Positions 58,910 to 64,000 of a stretch of DNA of 64,000 bases are shown piece by piece (positions within the stretch are counted from its first letter, which is position 1; each line of letters opens with the position of its first letter). This DNA is from Pseudomonadota bacterium (GTDB taxonomy: Bacteria; Pseudomonadota; Gammaproteobacteria; Acidiferrobacterales; UBA6901), in contig JAJYEE010000012.1 of NCBI GenBank assembly GCA_021790335.1, positions 299 through 64,298 of the forward strand, written 5' to 3'. A program made the position numbers and the translations under genes. The notes beneath the pieces were generated by a model. It ran no database searches. It saw only the letters and a program-made list of their open reading frames with translations, and was not told the DNA's origin.

Positions 58910-60337
58910 ATGTCAGGCAAAGTAAAAAGTTACAAAGCGGGAGTCAAGGAATACCGTGAAACGTACTGGATGCCGGAATACAAGCCGAACGACACCGATC
59001 TGCTGGCCTGCTTCAAGATCACTCCGCAGCCAGGCGTGCCCCGTGAGGAGGCCGCCGCCGCGGTGGCCGCGGAGTCTTCCACCGGCACCTGGACAACAGT
59101 TTGGACGGATCTTCTGACAGACCTCGACTACTACAAGGGCCGGGCATATCGCATTGAGGACGTTCCGGGCGACGACACCTGCTTTTACGCGTTCGTTGCC
59201 TACCCCATCGACCTGTTCGAGGAAGGCTCGGTCGTCAATGTGTTCACCTCGCTGGTAGGCAACGTCTTCGGTTTCAAGGCGATCCGTGCATTGCGTCTCG
59301 AGGACGTCCGTTTCCCGATTGCCTATGTAAAAACTTGTGGTGGCCCGCCGCAGGGCATTCAGGTCGAACGCGATATCATGAACAAATACGGCCGTCCGCT
59401 GCTGGGCTGCACCATCAAGCCCAAGCTCGGGCTGTCGGCCAAGAACTATGGCCGTGCGGTCTACGAGTGCCTGCGGGGCGGTCTGGACTTCACCAAAGAT
59501 GACGAGAACGTCAATAGCCAGCCGTTCATGCGCTGGCGGCAGCGCTTCGACTTCGTCATGGAGGCGATTCACAAGGCCGAAGTGGAGACTGGTGAGCGCA
59601 AGGGGCATTATCTGAATGTCACTGCTCCGACCCCAGAAGAAATGTACAAGCGGGCCGAGCATGCCAAGGAGATCGGTGCGCCTATTATCATGCACGATTA
59701 CATCACCGGCGGATTCTGTGCCAATACCGGCCTGGCCAACTGGTGCCGCGACAACGGCATGCTGTTGCATATCCATCGTGCCATGCATGCGGTGCTTGAC
59801 CGTAATCCCCACCACGGAATTCACTTCCGCGTGCTGACCAAGATCCTGCGTCTTTCCGGAGGTGACCATCTGCACACGGGTACCGTGGTGGGCAAACTCG
59901 AAGGCGATCGCGCCTCGACGCTCGGCTGGATCGACATGCTGCGGGAGAAGTTCATCAAGGAAGACCGCAGCCGCGGCATATTTTTCGATCAGGACTGGGG
60001 ATCCATGCCTGGCGCCTTTGCCGTTGCATCCGGCGGAATTCATGTTTGGCACATGCCGGCATTGGTAACTATCTTCGGCGACGATGCGGTGCTGCAGTTC
60101 GGTGGCGGCACGCTTGGCCACCCATGGGGCAATGCTGCCGGAGCGGCAGCCAACCGGGTTGCGCTTGAGGCCTGCGTGGAGGCGCGCAACCAGGGCATTC
60201 CGATCGAGAAGGAAGGCAAGGCCGTTCTCACCAAGGCCGCGCAATCGAGCCCCGAGCTCAAAGTCGCGATGGAAACATGGAAGGAGATCAAGTTTGAGTT
60301 CGACACCGTTGACAAGCTGGATGTAGTGCACAAATAA
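58910..60337 (+). CDS. cbbL: RuBisCO form IA large subunit
   Basis: [19 protein letters not shown] with the active-site Lys, and [11 protein letters not shown]. Green-like form I N-terminus [13 protein letters not shown]. Confidence 0.97.
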   Translation: MSGKVKSYKAGVKEYRETYWMPEYKPNDTDLLACFKITPQPGVPREEAAAAVAAESSTGTWTTVWTDLLTDLDYYKGRAYRIEDVPGDDTCFYAFVAYPIDLFEEGSVVNVFTSLVGNVFGFKAIRALRLEDVRFPIAYVKTCGGPPQGIQVERDIMNKYGRPLLGCTIKPKLGLSAKNYGRAVYECLRGGLDFTKDDENVNSQPFMRWRQRFDFVMEAIHKAEVETGERKGHYLNVTAPTPEEMYKRAEHAKEIGAPIIMHDYITGGFCANTGLANWCRDNGMLLHIHRAMHAVLDRNPHHGIHFRVLTKILRLSGGDHLHTGTVVGKLEGDRASTLGWIDMLREKFIKEDRSRGIFFDQDWGSMPGAFAVASGGIHVWHMPALVTIFGDDAVLQFGGGTLGHPWGNAAGAAANRVALEACVEARNQGIPIEKEGKAVLTKAAQSSPELKVAMETWKEIKFEFDTVDKLDVVHK

Positions 60338-60462
60338 GGCCCGCGGGCGGGACCGGAGCAAAAAAGCGCGCAATGATTTCGCGGCAAGGCCCCGCCCGCC
60401 GGTCTGGTGCGCACCCGGCGAGGCTACGAAACCTGACTGAATACTGAATTGGAGCAAGCAAC

Positions 60463-60822
60463 GTGAGCGAAATGCAAGACTACAAGTCCAGCCTGAACGA
60501 TGTCTCTAGCCGCAAGTTCGAGACTTTTTCGTATCTGCCGGCGATGAGCGATGCGGAGATCCGCAAGCAGGTTGAATATATCGTCAAGCGCGGATGGAAC
60601 CCGGCTATCGAGCATACCGAGCCGGAAAATTCCTTTGGCCATTACTGGTACATGTGGAAACTGCCGATGTTCGGCGAGACCAATGTTGATCGGATCCTGG
60701 CTGAGGCGGACGCCTGCCACAAAGCGCATCCCGGCAACCATGTGCGGTTGGTAGGCTACGACAATTACAAGCAGTCGCAGGGCGCTGCGATGGTCATCTT
60801 CCGCGGCAAGATCAAGGTCTGA
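60463..60822 (+). CDS. cbbS: RuBisCO small subunit
   Basis: [12 protein letters not shown]...[12 protein letters not shown]...[14 protein letters not shown] start with GGAG 8 nt upstream. Confidence 0.95.
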   Translation: MSEMQDYKSSLNDVSSRKFETFSYLPAMSDAEIRKQVEYIVKRGWNPAIEHTEPENSFGHYWYMWKLPMFGETNVDRILAEADACHKAHPGNHVRLVGYDNYKQSQGAAMVIFRGKIKV

Positions 60823-61013
60823 GCATCGCCTGCAGGCAGCGCCGTTCTGTCCGCAGCAGGCGACGGTACTTTCCCCGGGAGCGGAAAGCGTACTCGGTCT
60901 TGCCTGCTTCGGGGGCATTTTGTCCCGTGCGGCGCCCCGTCGTGTGGCGGGGGGCCGGATCTGCCAGACAGCGGACGGTTGCTGGCCGTTTAGAGGCATC
61001 GAGGTAAGGAAAT

Positions 61014-61847
61014 ATGAGCAATGCCAAATCCAAAATGAATACGGACGATACGCTCTGGTCGCAGTACCTCGTGGTAGAGGAGCCGTACTACCGCGCGGTT
61101 TCCAATGAGATCACCTTGTACGAGGCGGCCTATAGCGTGCGCATGCCGGTCATGCTCAAGGGGCCTACCGGATGCGGAAAGAGCCGGTTTGTTGAATACA
61201 TGGCATGGAAGCTGAAGAAGCCTCTGATTACCGTGGCCTGCAACGAAGACATGACGGCCTCGGACCTGGTTGGGCGTTTTTTGCTCGACGCGAGCGGCAC
61301 CAAATGGCACGATGGCCCGTTGACTGTGGCCGCGCGAATCGGCGCAATATGTTATCTCGATGAGGTGGTTGAGGCGCGTCAGGACACGACGGTAGTGATT
61401 CACCCCCTGACCGATCATCGCCGCCAGTTGCCCCTCGAAAAGAAGGGCGAGCTGGTGGACTGCCATCCCGATTTCCAGATGGTTATTTCGTACAACCCCG
61501 GCTACCAAAGCCTGATGAAGGACCTGAAGCAATCGACCAAACAGCGTTTCGGTGCGATTGATTTCGATTATCCCGATGCCGAGATCGAGGCGGAAATTGT
61601 CCAGCACGAGACTTCGGTAGATCGTTCCGTTGCTGAGAAACTTGTACAGATTGCGCATCGCGCGCGCAATCTCAAGGGGCACGGCCTGGACGAGGGCATT
61701 TCCACGCGACTACTGGCCTATGCCGGCCAGTTGATATCCCGCGGAATCGATCCGCGCGCAGCTTGCCAGATGACCCTGGTGCGGCCCATAACCGACGACC
61801 CGGACATGCGTGATACGCTGGATGCAGCGATCAGCACCTACTTCTGA
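61014..61847 (+). CDS. cbbQ: MoxR-type AAA+ RuBisCO activase subunit CbbQ
   Basis: Walker A GPTGCGKS, Walker B CYLDEV, about 270 aa, immediately downstream of cbbLS. Confidence 0.95.
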   Translation: MSNAKSKMNTDDTLWSQYLVVEEPYYRAVSNEITLYEAAYSVRMPVMLKGPTGCGKSRFVEYMAWKLKKPLITVACNEDMTASDLVGRFLLDASGTKWHDGPLTVAARIGAICYLDEVVEARQDTTVVIHPLTDHRRQLPLEKKGELVDCHPDFQMVISYNPGYQSLMKDLKQSTKQRFGAIDFDYPDAEIEAEIVQHETSVDRSVAEKLVQIAHRARNLKGHGLDEGISTRLLAYAGQLISRGIDPRAACQMTLVRPITDDPDMRDTLDAAISTYF

Positions 61848-61863
61848 GGCGCGGTGTGACGCA

Positions 61864-62172
61864 ATGGGCGAGGAGCTCAGGTATCCCGGCATTCACGATG
61901 ACCACTTCGGAGGCATGACCGATCTGGGCCACATCATCCGTGACGCCTGGGTTCTTGGTCTTTTGCCTGAAAGCGAAACCTGTCAGGGCTGGGGGCGTGC
62001 CCAATTCGATGAGCTGTACGCCAGGGTGCATGCAGCCTGGGAGCCTTACGGCCACCTTGTCGGCCGCCTTCCACCCGAGCTGCGGGCACGGCACGAGCGC
62101 ATATATGCCGAGGCGATACGGCATGCCCGCGAGCTAGGCTGGTCGTCCGACTTGGATGACGAAGACGAATGA
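61864..62172 (+). CDS. small acidic hypothetical protein (102 aa) between cbbQ and cbbO
   Basis: GC3 about 70% and natural composition with a DLDDEDE tail. 16 nt after the cbbQ stop and 28 nt before the cbbO ATG. No family recognised. Confidence 0.6.
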   Translation: MGEELRYPGIHDDHFGGMTDLGHIIRDAWVLGLLPESETCQGWGRAQFDELYARVHAAWEPYGHLVGRLPPELRARHERIYAEAIRHARELGWSSDLDDEDE

Positions 62173-62200
62173 CAGACCCGGTCCTGACATCCTGTATCAC

Positions 62201-64000
62201 ATGACCGTCAATCTCGACGAATATAAGGAATATCTCGGACACCTTGAGCCGCACGTGCGCGACTCTCTAGGCGAAAGCTTCGCTGAGGCAGCGCGCGTAA
62301 TGTCGCCGCAAGGTCTGCAACGATGGCTCGAAGGCGCAAAGAGTCTTACCCAGCTTGGGCGTGGCAGCGAGCTTGTCGTGACCTATCTCCAGGCTATGCC
62401 GGCCGTGGTCAAAGAGGTGGGCGAAGACGTCCTTGTGGACTGCATCACCAGTGCCATGAAGCTGGCGTCCATGGTGAGTGGCGAGGTGATCCAGCTTCTG
62501 TTTGATACGCTTCCGGCAGCTGCCGGACGGCTGGGCGATGCCGAGCTGCTGCGAGGGTACCTCGGTCTTATTCACCAGCTTTCGGCGCGAGTGCCGCGCG
62601 GGTTGCGCCCCATGCTAGCCCACCTCGATGAGCTATTTACCAAACTTACGCTTGGCGGCCTGCGGCGCTGGGCGCTGTGGGGAGCACAGGCGCATGCACG
62701 TGACTTCCAGGCGCAGATCGCCTACTTCGATCTGAAAAGCGCCGACAGCCTCAGCGTGCTGCAAAAGGAACGGCGTGGCACGCTGTTCATCGACAATCAG
62801 AGAAAACTCAATTTCTACCTGAGGGCATTCTGGGGTCGCGATTTCTTTCTGCGCCCAACCTCTGGGGATTACGAAACACGCGAAGGTTACAGGCCATTCA
62901 TCGAGAAACGTGTGATCCATCTGCCCGATGCCTATGATGACTATGCCGGCATAGCAGGCAAGGAACTGTATCGCGCTGCGGCCGCGCATGCGGCCGCGCA
63001 TCTGGTTTATACGCGCGAACCCATATCCATGGAACAGCTGAATCCTGTCCAGATGTTCTTAATCGGCATTTTCGAAGATGCCCGTATCGAGCATCTCGCG
63101 TTACGCGAATTTCCGGGCATGAGGCAGCTTTGGTCCCAGTTCCACGCCAGGGTGCGCGAAGTGAGCTGTCCGACCGAACCGGTGGTCGGTTTTCTCGAAC
63201 GCCTTGCATATTCCCTGCTCGACGATAGTTATCACGACGATGACAGGCTGATCCGGGACATGACCGAGAGATTTCGCGCAGAGTGCGGGCAGCGGGCGGC
63301 AGACAATCACCTTTCGTGGGACCTGGGGGTAGGCCTTTACAGCTCACTACGCGAATCCCGGTCCGTGCCGTCGCTGCGCGTGCTCGAGACGATAGCTATC
63401 CCGTACCGTGACGACAATCGCTATTGCTGGGCTTCGGACGAAATCGCCTGGCAGGAAGCCAGCTACCTACCGGCGCCGAAGCAGACGCGAAAGTACGTCA
63501 CAACCATGGAAATGGTAAATGAACTCGATTGCGAACTTGCCGGCGATGACGCTCAGGAGATCTGGGTGCTCAAGGAGCCGTTCTACCTTGACCAGGAAGG
63601 ATGCGCGATCAACGATCTGGAAGGCAGGGAGCCGGTGTCGGAACCCCATCACTACCAGGAGTGGGACTATACCGTCCAGCTCCATCGGCCGAGCTGGGCA
63701 ACCGTTCTCGAAAAGCGCCAGCATCGGGGCGATCCGGCGGAGATCGACAATATCCTGACGGATAACAAGTCGGTGGCCTCGCGCCTGCAGCATATAATCG
63801 ACGCGATGCAGCCGGAAGGAGTGCAGCGCTTCCGTCGTCAGGAAGACGGGGAAGAGATCGATCTGAATGCTGCGATCCGCGCAATGATCGATATCCGCAT
63901 GGGTCAGATCCCGGACCAGCGGATCAACATCCGCATCGTGCGTAAAGTACGCGATCTCGCCGTGCTGGTCCTGCTCGACCTCTCTGAATCCACCAACGAA
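62201..64000 (+). CDS. cbbO: RuBisCO activase VWA subunit CbbO (3'-truncated by window end; absent from the ORF track)
   Basis: Open frame of 600 codons from the ATG at 62201 to the window edge: MTVNLDEYKEYLGHLEPHV... . The VWA MIDAS motif LLDLSEST lies at the very end. Confidence 0.9.
   Translation, partial: MTVNLDEYKEYLGHLEPHVRDSLGESFAEAARVMSPQGLQRWLEGAKSLTQLGRGSELVVTYLQAMPAVVKEVGEDVLVDCITSAMKLASMVSGEVIQLLFDTLPAAAGRLGDAELLRGYLGLIHQLSARVPRGLRPMLAHLDELFTKLTLGGLRRWALWGAQAHARDFQAQIAYFDLKSADSLSVLQKERRGTLFIDNQRKLNFYLRAFWGRDFFLRPTSGDYETREGYRPFIEKRVIHLPDAYDDYAGIAGKELYRAAAAHAAAHLVYTREPISMEQLNPVQMFLIGIFEDARIEHLALREFPGMRQLWSQFHARVREVSCPTEPVVGFLERLAYSLLDDSYHDDDRLIRDMTERFRAECGQRAADNHLSWDLGVGLYSSLRESRSVPSLRVLETIAIPYRDDNRYCWASDEIAWQEASYLPAPKQTRKYVTTMEMVNELDCELAGDDAQEIWVLKEPFYLDQEGCAINDLEGREPVSEPHHYQEWDYTVQLHRPSWATVLEKRQHRGDPAEIDNILTDNKSVASRLQHIIDAMQPEGVQRFRRQEDGEEIDLNAAIRAMIDIRMGQIPDQRINIRIVRKVRDLAVLVLLDLSESTNE

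Noticed and set aside
1-64000. Scan for CRISPR arrays, tRNA/rRNA genes, transposases, integrases, toxin-antitoxin pairs and known defence systems.
   Set aside because: I found no repeat-spacer periodicity, no tRNA T-arm signatures in intergenic DNA, no recombinase or transposase motifs in any frame, and no compositional island. The window looks like core chromosome.

Overview
GC-rich (roughly 60% by eye) chromosomal window whose gene content suggests a chemolithoautotrophic, sulfur-oxidising betaproteobacterium (Thiobacillus/Sulfuricella-like; this is inference only). All calls come from reading the supplied translations and the DNA; no searches were run. Gene order: (1) a cytoplasmic sulfite-oxidation module: tusA, a TetR regulator, fnr, a YkgJ-type Cys-cluster protein and sat-aprB-aprA. 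A signal-peptide DsrE-like protein, a CPYC DsbG-like protein, moaDE and a TauE/SafE exporter lie next to it. (2) Housekeeping genes: pyrE, xth, grxC, an ampG-like MFS transporter, a Sel1 protein and a secreted unknown. (3) A dynamin-like GTPase placed behind proC-yggT-yggU. (4) pilT-pilU, pyrC'-pyrB-pyrR-ruvX-yqgE-tonB-gshB-gshA and the Pil-Chp chemosensory cluster (pilGHIJ, a 1945-aa chpA and two CheW-like genes). As I recall it, this block is largely colinear with the Pseudomonas aeruginosa pilT..chpA region. (5) bioA and a thioredoxin-like/unknown/IMPase trio. (6) A Calvin-cycle block: tkt-gap-pgk-pyk-fba, a CPCC protein, cbbR, and divergent cbbL-cbbS-cbbQ-(small ORF)-cbbO. cbbO runs off the 3' end of the window and is missing from the ORF track. 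I found no rRNA, tRNA, CRISPR array, transposase, integrase or recognisable defence system. The unexplained material is mostly non-coding: a 790-bp gap upstream of sat with a 420-bp GC-rich structured block, a 614-bp gap upstream of tkt with two orphan terminator hairpins, an 836-bp gap inside the pyk-fba pair, and an orphan terminator region upstream of ampG. A few uncharacterised ORFs sit in suggestive positions: the cbbQ-cbbO ORF, the periplasmic DsrE-like/DsbG-like/unknown trio, and the dynamin-like gene. Nothing here can be proven to be a novel system from sequence alone.
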